Shown: positions 17,968 through 26,890 of the stretch, piece by piece
How positions within the stretch are numbered: position 1 is the first letter of the stretch
Layout: each line of letters opens with the position of its first letter
Origin: an uncultured Anaerolineales bacterium
Lineage (GTDB): Bacteria > Chloroflexota > Anaerolineae > B4-G1
DNA length: 64,000 nucleotides
Assembly: GCA_964649415.1 (NCBI GenBank)
Contig: CAZYSK010000024.1
Coordinates: 4,711 to 68,710 of the forward strand
Direction of reading: 5' to 3'
Notes under the pieces: model-generated
What the model saw: the letters and a program-made list of their open reading frames with translations, nothing else
The model's database searches: none
Told to the model about the DNA's origin: nothing
Program-made: the position numbers and the translations under genes

Positions 17968-20251
17968 TGCTGTGTACCTGCTTCAACAATTCGTCCACCA
18001 TTTCCTCGGGGTGCACGGTCCACGCGTCTCGCTGGAAAATCAGTACGCTCACCAGGGGCATGTCATTAAGCATTTCCATAATATCCATACCGATGGCGCC
18101 TTCGTTGCCATAACGCTCGTCGCCACCGCTGAACCTCTTGCGGGCTTGGGTTTCCATCTTTTCGTAGTGAGGGCCAAAGGCAGCCTTGCCGCGCGGGTCA
18201 GCCATCCACTCGCGGACGGTGGATTCCTTGTCGAGAATGCAGGGCAACTCGAGGGTTGATTCAAGCGTCACCGTCAGGGTGTGGCGAATGTCCGCCGCGG
18301 AGGCCGCGATGAGGAGGTCGAACTCCCCAGCTTCGGTAATCCACTGCTTATATTCGGGATGATAGTAAGCAAAGGCGCGGAAATCGAGAGGGATGGAGAT
18401 GGTTTTGGTCTCGCCCGGCTGGAGTTCCACTTTGGCGAAGCCTTTCAACTCCTTTTCTGGCCGCACCAACCCGGCTTCGTGGTCGTGGACATACACCTGG
18501 ACAATTTCCTTGCCTGCCACATCCCCGGTGTTGGTGACATCCACCGTAACCGTCACGCCCTCCGTGTCCTTGAAGGATTGCGCCGATACTTGCGGATTGC
18601 TGTATTCAAAGGTGGTGTAGCTCAGCCCGTAGCCGAAGGGGAAGAGGACGGGCATTTGCTTGGCATCGTAGTAGCGATAGCCGATGAACAGACCTTCGCC
18701 GTAGCGCACTGCGCCCGCGTCGCCCGGCCAGTTGAGATGGGAGGGAGTGTCGGCGAGTTTGAGAGGGAAGGTTTCCGCCAGCTTGCCGGAGGGATTGACT
18801 TTGCCAAACAGTACATCGGCAATCGCCGTGCCGCCTGCCTGCCCCATCAGCCAGCTTTCAAGGACGGCGGCCACATCGTCAATCCAGGCGCTCATGGCGA
18901 CCGGCGCGCCGTTGTTGAGCACCACGACGGTCTTGGACTGGACCGCGGCGACGGCTTTGATCAGCGCGATCTGCTGTTCGGTCAGGTCGAGGTCGGGGCG
19001 GTCGTAGCCCTCGGATTCCTTGAAGGTCGGCAGCGCGATGTACAGCACGGCTACGTCCGCATTCTGGGCGAGTGTCACGGCTTCGTCGATCAAATCCTGG
19101 CGGAAGGAATCATCTTTGGGGTAGCCTTCGCCGTAGGTCAGTCCGGCGTCTCTGGCCAGAGCTGCCAGCTCGTCGAACGGAACCGCCACTTTGGTCGGTT
19201 TGATGTGCGAACTGCCGCCGCCCTGGAAGTGAGCGTGTTGCGCGGAGCGACCGATCACGGCGATGCGCTGCTGGCCTTTGAGGGGCAGGATACCGTCGTT
19301 TTTGAGCAGCACGATGCCTTCCGCGGCGACGTGATGCGCCAGTTCGTGATGCGCGTCCACATCAAATTCGCCGCCTTTGGACGTTTCCGCGGCCTTGAAG
19401 ACGATGCCCAGAATGCGGCGAACGGATTCGTCCAGCACGGCTTCGTCCAGTTCGCCGGAGCGCACGGCGGCAATCACTTCTTTGACACGGCGATCCTGCG
19501 GGCCGGGCATTTCCCAATCCAGCCCGCCTTTCAGCGCCGCGACTCGGTCGCGCACCGCGCCCCAGTCGGAGACCACCAAACCTTGAAAGCCCCATTCGCC
19601 CTTGAGAACCTTGTTCAAAAGGCCGGCGTGCTCGGAGGCAAACGTGCCATTGACTTTGTTGTACGAACACATCACCGTCCAGGGTTGGGCCTGTTTGACG
19701 GCTTTCTCAAAGGCGGGTAGGTAGATTTCGCGCAGGGTACGCTCGTCCACTTCGGCGCTGATGCTGAAACGCTGGAATTCCTGGTTGTTGGCGGCGTAAT
19801 GCTTGAGGGAAGTTCCCACCCCTTTGCTTTGCACGCCATTGATGAAGTTGGCGGCCAGCTCCCCGGCCAGATAGGGGTCTTCGGAAAAGTACTCAAAGTC
19901 ACGGCCACCCAACGGGGAGCGTTTCATATTCGCGCCGGGGCCGAGGAGTACATCCACATTCAGGGCAATACATTCTTCGGCTAGGGCCTCGCCCACTGTG
20001 CGGATCAAATCCACATCCCAGGTGGACGCGAGACAAGATGCGGTGGGGAAACAGGTGGCAGGCAGACTGTCGTGCGCTATATCGTGGACATCCGGCACGC
20101 GGCGGACGCCGTGTGGCCCGTCCGAGACGATCATTTCCGGCACATCCAGGCGCTCGATGGGGGTGGTCGTCCATGCGCTTGCGCCGGTGCAGAGCGCGGC
20201 TTTCTCTTCGAGGGTCATTTGTGAAACGATAGATTGAATGTTTTTCATCAT
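17948..20251 (-). CDS. Glycoside hydrolase family 3 beta-glucosidase
   Basis: 767 aa. SDGPHGVR, GGRDFEYFSEDPYL, the nucleophile region LVVSDWGAV, and a C-terminal Fn3-like domain. Its 3' end overlaps the CocE-like start by 20 nt. Confidence 0.9.
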   Translation of the reverse strand: MMKNIQSIVSQMTLEEKAALCTGASAWTTTPIERLDVPEMIVSDGPHGVRRVPDVHDIAHDSLPATCFPTASCLASTWDVDLIRTVGEALAEECIALNVDVLLGPGANMKRSPLGGRDFEYFSEDPYLAGELAANFINGVQSKGVGTSLKHYAANNQEFQRFSISAEVDERTLREIYLPAFEKAVKQAQPWTVMCSYNKVNGTFASEHAGLLNKVLKGEWGFQGLVVSDWGAVRDRVAALKGGLDWEMPGPQDRRVKEVIAAVRSGELDEAVLDESVRRILGIVFKAAETSKGGEFDVDAHHELAHHVAAEGIVLLKNDGILPLKGQQRIAVIGRSAQHAHFQGGGSSHIKPTKVAVPFDELAALARDAGLTYGEGYPKDDSFRQDLIDEAVTLAQNADVAVLYIALPTFKESEGYDRPDLDLTEQQIALIKAVAAVQSKTVVVLNNGAPVAMSAWIDDVAAVLESWLMGQAGGTAIADVLFGKVNPSGKLAETFPLKLADTPSHLNWPGDAGAVRYGEGLFIGYRYYDAKQMPVLFPFGYGLSYTTFEYSNPQVSAQSFKDTEGVTVTVDVTNTGDVAGKEIVQVYVHDHEAGLVRPEKELKGFAKVELQPGETKTISIPLDFRAFAYYHPEYKQWITEAGEFDLLIAASAADIRHTLTVTLESTLELPCILDKESTVREWMADPRGKAAFGPHYEKMETQARKRFSGGDERYGNEGAIGMDIMEMLNDMPLVSVLIFQRDAWTVHPEEMVDELLKQVHSNDNHSS

Positions 20252-20408
20252 TTATTCTTCTCCTTATAGTGAAAGATTCATGATTAACCACTTGCTATAG
20301 ATTGTTCGCAAAACGCACTCCGGTTATCTATTGACTGGCAGTTCACAACCGATGATGCGCGTATCAAGCTCAAGCGTCTTTATCCGTCAATTCCAGATTG
20401 ACTGGGTA

Positions 20409-22856
20409 CTAGTGCGCACTGTACAGTGCCTGATAGACGGCGAGGTGTTCTCGGACGCGCCGGAGATAGAGGCGCGGTTCGTACAGCGTGACAAGTTCGA
20501 GGAACAGATCGGTGTCGTCGCCGGCAAGCTCCAGCCAACGCTCGGCGCGGGACGGGCCGGCGTTGTAGGCGGCCAGGGCGGCATCTATCCGGCCGTCGAA
20601 CCGGTCGCGCTGCTGGGCCAGGTAGTAGGTGCCGAAACGGAGGCTGACGTAGGGGAGGTAGAGGTCGGCGGTCTCGTAGCCGGGCGGCCAGTCCAATTCG
20701 GCGGCGATCTGTGCGCCGGTGGGGGGGACGACCTGCATCACTCCGTGGGCACTGGCCACCGAAGTGGCGAGGCTTTCGAAGAGGCTCTCCTGGCGGATGA
20801 GGGCGAAGACAAGGAGCGGGTTAAGGCCGCTCAGGCGGGCGTTGTCCAGTACGAGGTCTTCGTAGTAGGTGGGATAGACCAGGCGCGCGACGAAGGTGGG
20901 GGCGTCGAGGACGGTGTCGGCCGGGGAGAGGGACATGACCCGCGCGGCGCAGAGGATGGAGGAACGATACAGGCCGATGTCGCGGAACGCCAGGGCCAGT
21001 TGGTATTGGGCCAGTGCGTCTGCGCGGGTGGCCGTGCGCAGTGCTTCAAGTTCCCATTTGGCTTCCTCGAAGCGTCCCAGGCGCCACAGCGCCAGCCCGC
21101 GTTGGAGGCGGGGATCGGCAGCCAGGTCGGGGGAGAGCTCGCCCAGGCGCACGGCGGATTCCAGGCCCAGCCATCCGGCCAGCCACTCCTCCGCCTCGAC
21201 CTGGGCGGCTGCCGGATCGTATCCGGGATCGGGGCTGTAGCTGGCGGGCGGGAAAGGCGGGGATATGGGAGCGGCCAGCAGGTCGGCAGCCCGGAGGCCA
21301 TAGTAGCCCAGGGGATCAGTGGCGCTGGCGGCCTCAAACGCCTCCTGGGCGGCCTCGGCATCGCCCTGGTCGCGGCGGAGCTTGCCCAGCCAAAGGAGAG
21401 CAATGGGGCGGTAGGGCGAGTCGGGGTAGAGCGCGGCCAGGGTGTCCCAGGAGACCGCGGCGTCGACGAGTTCGCCCAGCCGGTAGGACTGGAGCCCGCT
21501 CCGGAAGAGGGCGGGGGGGGCGTAGTCAGAGTCAGGATAGCGCACGTGGGCGTCGAGGTAGGCCTCGGCAGCATCCTCCAGTTCATCGCCCCGCTCGAGA
21601 AGCTGTGCGGCCTCCCAGAGCGCCTGGGGCGCGTTCGGGTCGTCGGGGACGATCTCCGTAAACTGCGTGTAGGTCTCGATGGCGGCGTCCGCGTCACCGG
21701 CGTCGATGAAGGCCTCCGCCAGGCGCATCCAGGCGTCGCTCCAATGCGCGTTGCCCGGGAAAGAGTCAAGCAGGGTCTCGAACTCGGCGGCTGCCAGTTC
21801 CGGGCTGCCGGCGGCCAGGTACGATAGACCGGCGTACCAGTGGGCGTCGTCCGAGTACGTGTCTGGATAGGTGCGCATGTAGCGGTAGAGCGCCTCGACC
21901 GCCGGGCCGTATGCCTCCCCGTAGTAGTCCACCACGCCGCGCAGGAAGTCGTCCACCGGGCGTCCCGCCTCGACCAATTCGACCAGCGAGAGGTAGGCGT
22001 AGCGCTCATCGGGGTACGCCTCGACGACGGACGTGTGGCGCTCGTAGCCCGCCTCAACCTCGCCGGACAGGATCAGGGTCAGGGCGGCCTGGTGCTCAAT
22101 GCGGGCGCGATAGGCGCGGATCTGGGCGATGTCCAGGATGGCCTCGTATTGGGCGATGGCGGCGGGGTAGTCTTGCAGAGCGACGTGTGTCAGGGCCAGC
22201 TTCTCGCGCATGCCGACCTCGAAAGAGCGGTCAGGCGCATCGGCGAGCGCGGACTCGTAGGCTTCGACGGCGGGAAGATAGGCCCCGCCCGCGTAGAGCG
22301 CGTTTCCCAGCGACTCGTTGACGTACGCAGTGATGACCGTGCCTGCCGACAGGGCGGCCTGGTACGCCTCAGTGGCCGTCAGTGGGTGCCCCGCGCCCAC
22401 CAAAGCCTCGGCCAGGAGGAAGTGGCCGTCGAAAGCCCACTCCCTCTCAGGGTGGGTGGTCAGAAAGTCGCGGAAGGCCCCCGTGGCCGGGTCGTAGTCG
22501 CCCGCGCGCAGATAGGCCGTGCCCAGGCCAAGACGGGCCTGGGCGTCGCCGTCTTGGTCGAGCGGCAGGGCGAGCACGCGGCGGTAGATCCCGGCCGCGG
22601 CCTCGAAGTCACCGTTCTCCGTCGCCCGCGCGGCATCGGCGAGCCATTCGGCTGGGTCGGGCGTGGGTGTTGGTGTTGGTGTTGGGGTGGGGGTAGGCGT
22701 CGGGGTGGGCGTGGGCGTGGAAGTGGGGGTGAGGGTGGGTGTGGGCGTGTCGGTCGCGAGGAATGCCGGCGGCGTCAAACCGAAGGGCAGGTTGCAGGCC
22801 AGCGCAGCCACGGCCAGGGTGGCGAGAACACACAGGGCAATCCTTGCTCGGCTCAT
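20409..22856 (-). CDS. Lipoprotein-type lytic transglycosylase (TPR-like repeats + C-terminal SLT domain)
   Basis: 815 aa from ATG 22856. Signal/lipobox LAVAALAC. A (Thr-Pro)n linker. Many TPR-like helices. SLT motifs ALIRQESLFE, AHGVMQVVP, AYNAGPSRAERW. Confidence 0.8.
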   Translation of the reverse strand: MSRARIALCVLATLAVAALACNLPFGLTPPAFLATDTPTPTLTPTSTPTPTPTPTPTPTPTPTPTPDPAEWLADAARATENGDFEAAAGIYRRVLALPLDQDGDAQARLGLGTAYLRAGDYDPATGAFRDFLTTHPEREWAFDGHFLLAEALVGAGHPLTATEAYQAALSAGTVITAYVNESLGNALYAGGAYLPAVEAYESALADAPDRSFEVGMREKLALTHVALQDYPAAIAQYEAILDIAQIRAYRARIEHQAALTLILSGEVEAGYERHTSVVEAYPDERYAYLSLVELVEAGRPVDDFLRGVVDYYGEAYGPAVEALYRYMRTYPDTYSDDAHWYAGLSYLAAGSPELAAAEFETLLDSFPGNAHWSDAWMRLAEAFIDAGDADAAIETYTQFTEIVPDDPNAPQALWEAAQLLERGDELEDAAEAYLDAHVRYPDSDYAPPALFRSGLQSYRLGELVDAAVSWDTLAALYPDSPYRPIALLWLGKLRRDQGDAEAAQEAFEAASATDPLGYYGLRAADLLAAPISPPFPPASYSPDPGYDPAAAQVEAEEWLAGWLGLESAVRLGELSPDLAADPRLQRGLALWRLGRFEEAKWELEALRTATRADALAQYQLALAFRDIGLYRSSILCAARVMSLSPADTVLDAPTFVARLVYPTYYEDLVLDNARLSGLNPLLVFALIRQESLFESLATSVASAHGVMQVVPPTGAQIAAELDWPPGYETADLYLPYVSLRFGTYYLAQQRDRFDGRIDAALAAYNAGPSRAERWLELAGDDTDLFLELVTLYEPRLYLRRVREHLAVYQALYSAH

Positions 22857-22976
22857 GGTCTGATCGAGGCGTATTCTACCGCCGTCAGGTGGCTTTGGCA
22901 AGGGGCGCGCGCGGCGCCGATGCGGCCTGTTTTCTGTCAACAACGTGTTATTGAACCTCAAAACCCGGCGCGCGCG

Positions 22977-23005
22977 TTGACATACTTGTGGTTTTCGTGT
23001 ATAAT
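22977..23005 (+). promoter_or_regulatory. Consensus sigma70 promoter (TTGACA-17 nt-TATAAT) for the C1 operon
   Basis: TTGACA 22977-22982, 17-nt spacer, TATAAT 23000-23005. The first CDS starts about 390 nt downstream. Confidence 0.6.
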
Positions 23006-23011
23006 AGAGAA

Positions 23012-23397
23012 AATCCAATATTCCACTGCGCATACACTAGCTCCAACGAGCATTGCCGCATTGAGTAGCGTCCTCGTCTCATCAAGCGCGCTTTTTGGTA
23101 ACAGCTTTGGCCTCAGCGGCCTAAGCGTGGGGAACGTCTGGACGGCTCAATACAGCTACCCTGCGGATGGGATTGCGCGGCTGTTTAGCATGATCCGCTT
23201 AACCACAGCCGAGCCGCCGAGAGCCTTCTCTCAGCGGTTCGGTTGTTTGCATGTAGGGAGGTGATATAGCCACATAAGTACAGTCAAACAGGTAATGGTT
23301 AGGTAACTCAAGCAGGTTTCAGGGATTCCGATTAGGGTTGGAACGTTTGCGTATTTCAGGCTCTGAAGGGCCGACACAAATACCTGGAGGTGTTAAC
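23012..23397 (+). promoter_or_regulatory. Long (~385 nt) untranslated leader; candidate riboswitch/attenuator of unknown class
   Basis: No credible ORF. It contains several GC hairpins and a terminator-like stem at 23209-23250. Confidence 0.4.
23209..23250 (+). terminator. Terminator-like stem-loop inside the leader (attenuator candidate)
   Basis: CCGAGCCGCCGAGAG (23209-23223), loop CCTT, CTCTCAGCGGTTCGG (23228-23242). That is 15 positions with 1 wobble and 1 mismatch, followed by TTGTTTGC. Confidence 0.4.
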
Positions 23398-25176
23398 GTG
23401 GAGAAGGAACTTCTAGCGACCGTTATGGCGGTGACTTCGAACGTCGAGTATACGACCAGTGACCGGATTGAGGCCTTGACCAAGGGGCACGGGATGTTGA
23501 ACCTCTCGGCCCTGTGTGCGGCGAACGCGATGACACACGAGATTCTGCAGGGACGCGACATCGCCCTCTCAGATGCGAACCTTGAAGCGCTGCCTCTCGA
23601 CATGGTGGTTGAGGCAGGTGTGAATGCGGCTATGGAGGCGGGTGCAGCGCCTGCGAACGCGGCCCTGATTACTGCCTCTCTGCTCCTGATTGCGGGCACG
23701 GAATCGCGGGCCGGTGTACCCGCTGGCAACCGCAAGCTTGGGGCAATGGCTCGCCTGAAGGCAGGCGCGGGCCGCTCCGGCGTGGCAGCCATTCCCACAT
23801 CCAAGCTGACGAACAAGGTTTCGGGTTTTGCTGCCGTGCAGGCACTGTATGACGCGATGCAGAAAGGTGAGTTGGTCCGGGTAGACGGCGCTGCCGTGCC
23901 CGCCTTCGTGGCCGGTGGTGCTCCCATGGGCCACAGCGTGTTGGGCGAGGACATGGTCTACGTGGATCTGTGCATGAACGGCGGCAAGATCGCGGTGGAC
24001 GCGATGATGAAGGCCTACCACGGTGTGGGCATCAGCGCCAGCCCGATCCAGTGCGCCATGCTCGCCGCTGCCGCCGTGCTGGAGATCATCAACCCGGACG
24101 GGATGATCGGAGCCGAGTACGGCACTTTCTTTGTCGAGGGCACCGGCTATCTGGCGGGCAAGGGCGCGGCCGAGGCTGCCGGGCTCCCAGAGAAGCTCCA
24201 CCTGCGCGGCACGGGCACAGAGTACGACACAGCCGCGTTCATAGGCGGCATGGGCATGATCCTCAAGGACGTGGGTGCCCCCTCGGTGATCGGCATGATG
24301 ACGCTGAACGAGATACTGGCCGCTTTCGCGGAGGGCCCGATGATCGGGGCTGGCTTCGGCGGTGGCCCGGTCAATCCTCCGCTGGCTCACCTGTTGGCTG
24401 ACTGCGTCATCTCCATGAATTTGCTGATCGACCACAAGGGTGATGTGGAGGCATGCGCCGACGTCATCCACGAGGTCAAACTCACGCAGTGGATTGACGG
24501 TGAGATCGCCGCCTGCTGCACCAACACGATCGCTCGCAAGGCCGAGCAGGTCCGCCGCGGCCCGGTCACGGAGACCATCATCAAGGCCACCGACGGCATC
24601 CGGGCCAATGCTATCTACCGCCGGGCGAAGTTCGCTTACGACGAACTGAGCGCCGGCAAGGAACTGGCCGACGTGTGCGTGGCGCTGGATCAGGCGCGCA
24701 AGGAGAAGGTCGAGGCGAGCGCCGGCGTGATCCTGAGCGGTTTCTTCGGCAAGGAAATCGCCATCAAGTTCACCAAGCTGGAGGGTGGAGCGCGTCGCGA
24801 TCACCCCTTCGCCCAGTCCTACTGGGGCTTCGACGCTGACATTGACACCGTGGTGACCGTAGACGGTGAGGAGTTCGTGATGGAGGGTCTGAGCCACAAG
24901 GTGATCCCCGACGCCGTGCTCAACAAGAAAGCCGAGCTGTCATTGCCGATCACCGTCGCGGCAGCAGTGGCGCAGGAACTCATGTACGTCGGCTGCTGCA
25001 CGATTGACGCGGTCATTCCGGCCGTCGTGGCCGCGGCTATGGGCAAGTACACCTGGAAGGACGCGGGGAAGAAGGCGGAGAAGGCCGCCCGAATCACGTG
25101 CTCCATCCCAGGGGCGAAGGACACAGCCCGCGAGGTGGCCCGGCTCGCCGTGCGGATCTTGAAGGATCTGGAGTAG
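23398..25176 (+). CDS. Uncharacterised Ala/Gly-rich 592-aa protein; first gene of the C1/Lar operon
   Basis: GTG 23398 lies 7 nt after GGAGG. It appears soluble (no long hydrophobic stretch). Two vicinal Cys-Cys dipeptides: IAACCTNT (TGCTGC 24514-24519) and YVGCCTID (TGCTGC 24994-24999). No Walker A, Rossmann or LarA-like motif recognised. Confidence 0.7.
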   Translation: MEKELLATVMAVTSNVEYTTSDRIEALTKGHGMLNLSALCAANAMTHEILQGRDIALSDANLEALPLDMVVEAGVNAAMEAGAAPANAALITASLLLIAGTESRAGVPAGNRKLGAMARLKAGAGRSGVAAIPTSKLTNKVSGFAAVQALYDAMQKGELVRVDGAAVPAFVAGGAPMGHSVLGEDMVYVDLCMNGGKIAVDAMMKAYHGVGISASPIQCAMLAAAAVLEIINPDGMIGAEYGTFFVEGTGYLAGKGAAEAAGLPEKLHLRGTGTEYDTAAFIGGMGMILKDVGAPSVIGMMTLNEILAAFAEGPMIGAGFGGGPVNPPLAHLLADCVISMNLLIDHKGDVEACADVIHEVKLTQWIDGEIAACCTNTIARKAEQVRRGPVTETIIKATDGIRANAIYRRAKFAYDELSAGKELADVCVALDQARKEKVEASAGVILSGFFGKEIAIKFTKLEGGARRDHPFAQSYWGFDADIDTVVTVDGEEFVMEGLSHKVIPDAVLNKKAELSLPITVAAAVAQELMYVGCCTIDAVIPAVVAAAMGKYTWKDAGKKAEKAARITCSIPGAKDTAREVARLAVRILKDLE

Positions 25177-25230
25177 TCTCCGGAGTTTGTCTTGCTCCGG
25201 GCAGTCCTAAGACCTGTCGCATCTGAGTAA

Positions 25231-25262
25231 GGGTAGGGGTGCGGGGGATCGTACCCCTACCC
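25231..25262 (+). other. 10-bp GC hairpin between the first two operon genes
   Basis: GGGTAGGGGT (25231-25240) pairs with ACCCCTACCC (25253-25262). No T-tract follows. Confidence 0.4.
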
Positions 25263-25315
25263 ATCTGGTGGTCGATCTCACACGGCCCTGAGCACTGGCG
25301 AGACGCTAACCTCTG

Positions 25316-25822
25316 ATGTTGCTTTTGGTGAATGTGGATGACATATCGGGTGAGGTGATCCCCCACGTCATTGATGGATTGATGGCGCGGGGGGCTATGA
25401 GTGTGCACGTGGTTCAGGCATTCACCAAGAAGGGGCGGCTGGACTATCTATTCTTCATAGACGCCCCGGAGGAGCGGGCCGAGGGATTGGGAGGCTACCT
25501 GGCCTGCGAGTTGGGCACGTTGGGTGTACGGGTCTTCGATCCACGCCACATCCGCTTCGAGTACCGCATGCAGCGGGTGCGACTGAGCGCTCAGGTGGAC
25601 GTGCGTGTGGAAGCGCTCGTGAGCGTGAAGGAGGTCCTCGGCCACGATGGGAGCGTTGTCCACGTCAAGGCCGAGTGGGGTGATCTGGAGGCGGCACTGA
25701 CCCAGCTTGAGCGGGCCGGTTGCCCTGTCTCCCTCACTGCACTCAAACGACTCGTCGAGCAGGCCGTGCTGGGGCGGAGGGACTGTTCCCTCTCGAACGT
25801 TCAGGCAGAGTATCTACCTTGA
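25316..25822 (+). CDS. Stand-alone LarC C-terminal-domain-like protein (DUF111 C-terminal half)
   Basis: 168 aa. LLLVNVDDISGEVIPHVIDGLMARGAMSVHVVQAFTKKGRLDYLFFID...TLGVRV aligns by eye with the in-window LarC segment [48 protein letters not shown]...TIGVRM. The N-terminal LarC domain is absent. Confidence 0.65.
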   Translation: MLLLVNVDDISGEVIPHVIDGLMARGAMSVHVVQAFTKKGRLDYLFFIDAPEERAEGLGGYLACELGTLGVRVFDPRHIRFEYRMQRVRLSAQVDVRVEALVSVKEVLGHDGSVVHVKAEWGDLEAALTQLERAGCPVSLTALKRLVEQAVLGRRDCSLSNVQAEYLP

Positions 25823-25839
25823 GTTGCAAGGAGATGATA

Positions 25840-26715
25840 ATGAAGCATATACTGATCTACTTCGACATGAACAAGCGGCCGAGTCCGTTCGACATCTTGT
25901 TCGCATACGACGTGGGCTTCGACATCGTGCTGCCGTTCAGCGGGGTGACGATGGAGGAGATCACGCCACTGGTGCAGGATGCCATGTTCCCCCGTGGACC
26001 GAAGGGGGCGACGTACACGACGATCTTCTTCGGGGGCAGCGACCTTGACGCCGTGGAGAAAATGGCCAAGAAGGCCAAGAAGACGATGTTCCCGCCGTTT
26101 CAGCTTTCCATCGCTGTTGACCCGAAGGGCGCTCACACGACGTCCTCAGCGATCGTAGCGAAGGTTTTAGAGGCCTTGGCCAGCAAGGGTGAGACGTTGG
26201 AGGGCAAGAAGGCCGCCGTTCTAGGGGGCTGTGGCCGTGTGGGCCGGGTGGCGAGCCGAATCCTGGCCAGGGAAGGCGTCGAGGTCACGATGTTGGACAT
26301 CGTCGAAGACGTGACCTCGCTTGCTCTTCAGATTTCTGAGATGGTGGAAGGGAAAGTGACGGGCGTGGTGGCCAAGTCGCCGCAGGAGATAGTGGCGGCA
26401 GCGAAAGAGTGCGAGATCGTGGTCTCTGCCGGCCCGGCGGGTGTCGAGCTGGTACCTGAGGAGTTCGTTCCCCAGTTGGAGAAGTGCATGGTCGCGGCCG
26501 ACGTGAACGCGGTCCCGCCGGCGGGCATCGCGGGCATCAAGGCGAAGTATGACAAGCGGGAGAAGAACGGGATTTTGACCATTGGTGCGCTCGCTGTCGG
26601 GAACCTCAGGAACAAGATCGAGGCCAAGATGCTGAAGACAGCGATGGAATCGGAGGGGGCGTTCCTGGACTACACCAACGCCTTCGAGTTCGCCAAGGAG
26701 TTGGCGGACATTTGA
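25840..26715 (+). CDS. NAD(P)-dependent methylene-tetrahydromethanopterin dehydrogenase (MtdA/MtdB family)
   Basis: 291 aa from ATG 25840 (AAGGAG upstream). FDMNKRPSPFDILFAYDVG, TTIFFGGSD, PFQLSIAVDPKGAHTTSSA, GKKAAVLGGCGRVG and IGALAVGNLRNKIE parallel Methylobacterium MtdA/MtdB. Confidence 0.85.
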   Translation: MKHILIYFDMNKRPSPFDILFAYDVGFDIVLPFSGVTMEEITPLVQDAMFPRGPKGATYTTIFFGGSDLDAVEKMAKKAKKTMFPPFQLSIAVDPKGAHTTSSAIVAKVLEALASKGETLEGKKAAVLGGCGRVGRVASRILAREGVEVTMLDIVEDVTSLALQISEMVEGKVTGVVAKSPQEIVAAAKECEIVVSAGPAGVELVPEEFVPQLEKCMVAADVNAVPPAGIAGIKAKYDKREKNGILTIGALAVGNLRNKIEAKMLKTAMESEGAFLDYTNAFEFAKELADI

Positions 26716-26790
26716 GTCGACCGAGTCTTTGAGACCAGCCATGGAGAACGGCTGGGAAGGAAACCGGGTTCTTGGCGACGCCATCTTGAT

Positions 26791-26824
26791 GGCGCGCCAT
26801 CGGAATGGCGCCTTTGTAGGAATG
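26791..26824. repeat. Hairpin+GTAG element related to families B2/C (GGCGCGCCAT-CGGA-ATGGCGCC-TTT-GTAGGAATG)
   Basis: Intergenic between mtd and the ATP-grasp gene. It is the reverse-complement counterpart of the 36-nt units at 45628-45735, with a few mismatches. A second small palindrome, GCCATC-TT-GATGGC, lies at 26780-26793. Confidence 0.6.
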
Positions 26825-26890
26825 CTGGGGCGCCGTCGCGGGAGCCTACGTCGTACGAGAGGCCCTGGTTTCTGAGGGTGGTGGAGCGGA

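Noticed and set aside
22650-22745. GGTGTTGG/GGCGTGGG-type microsatellite on the plus strand.
   Set aside because: It is the antisense of an in-frame (Thr-Pro)n linker of the SLT lipoprotein, so it is a coding low-complexity linker. The same applies to the GAGGTC repeats at 59531-59570, which encode the (Glu-Val)n linker of the binding protein.
23012-23397. Assigning the operon leader to a known riboswitch class (Moco, NiCo, THF, ZTP).
   Set aside because: Only short partial resemblances exist (for example GCCGAGCC, GGATGGGATTGCGCGG). I cannot reproduce any full consensus by eye, so the class is left open pending a covariance-model search.
23398-25176. The 592-aa protein as LarA, or as a serine-dehydratase-alpha/cysteine-desulfidase-like protein.
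   Set aside because: There is no LarA (DUF2088) motif. The only resemblance to the SDH-alpha/CyuA type is a short LSALCAA string in an Ala-rich protein, which could easily be chance.
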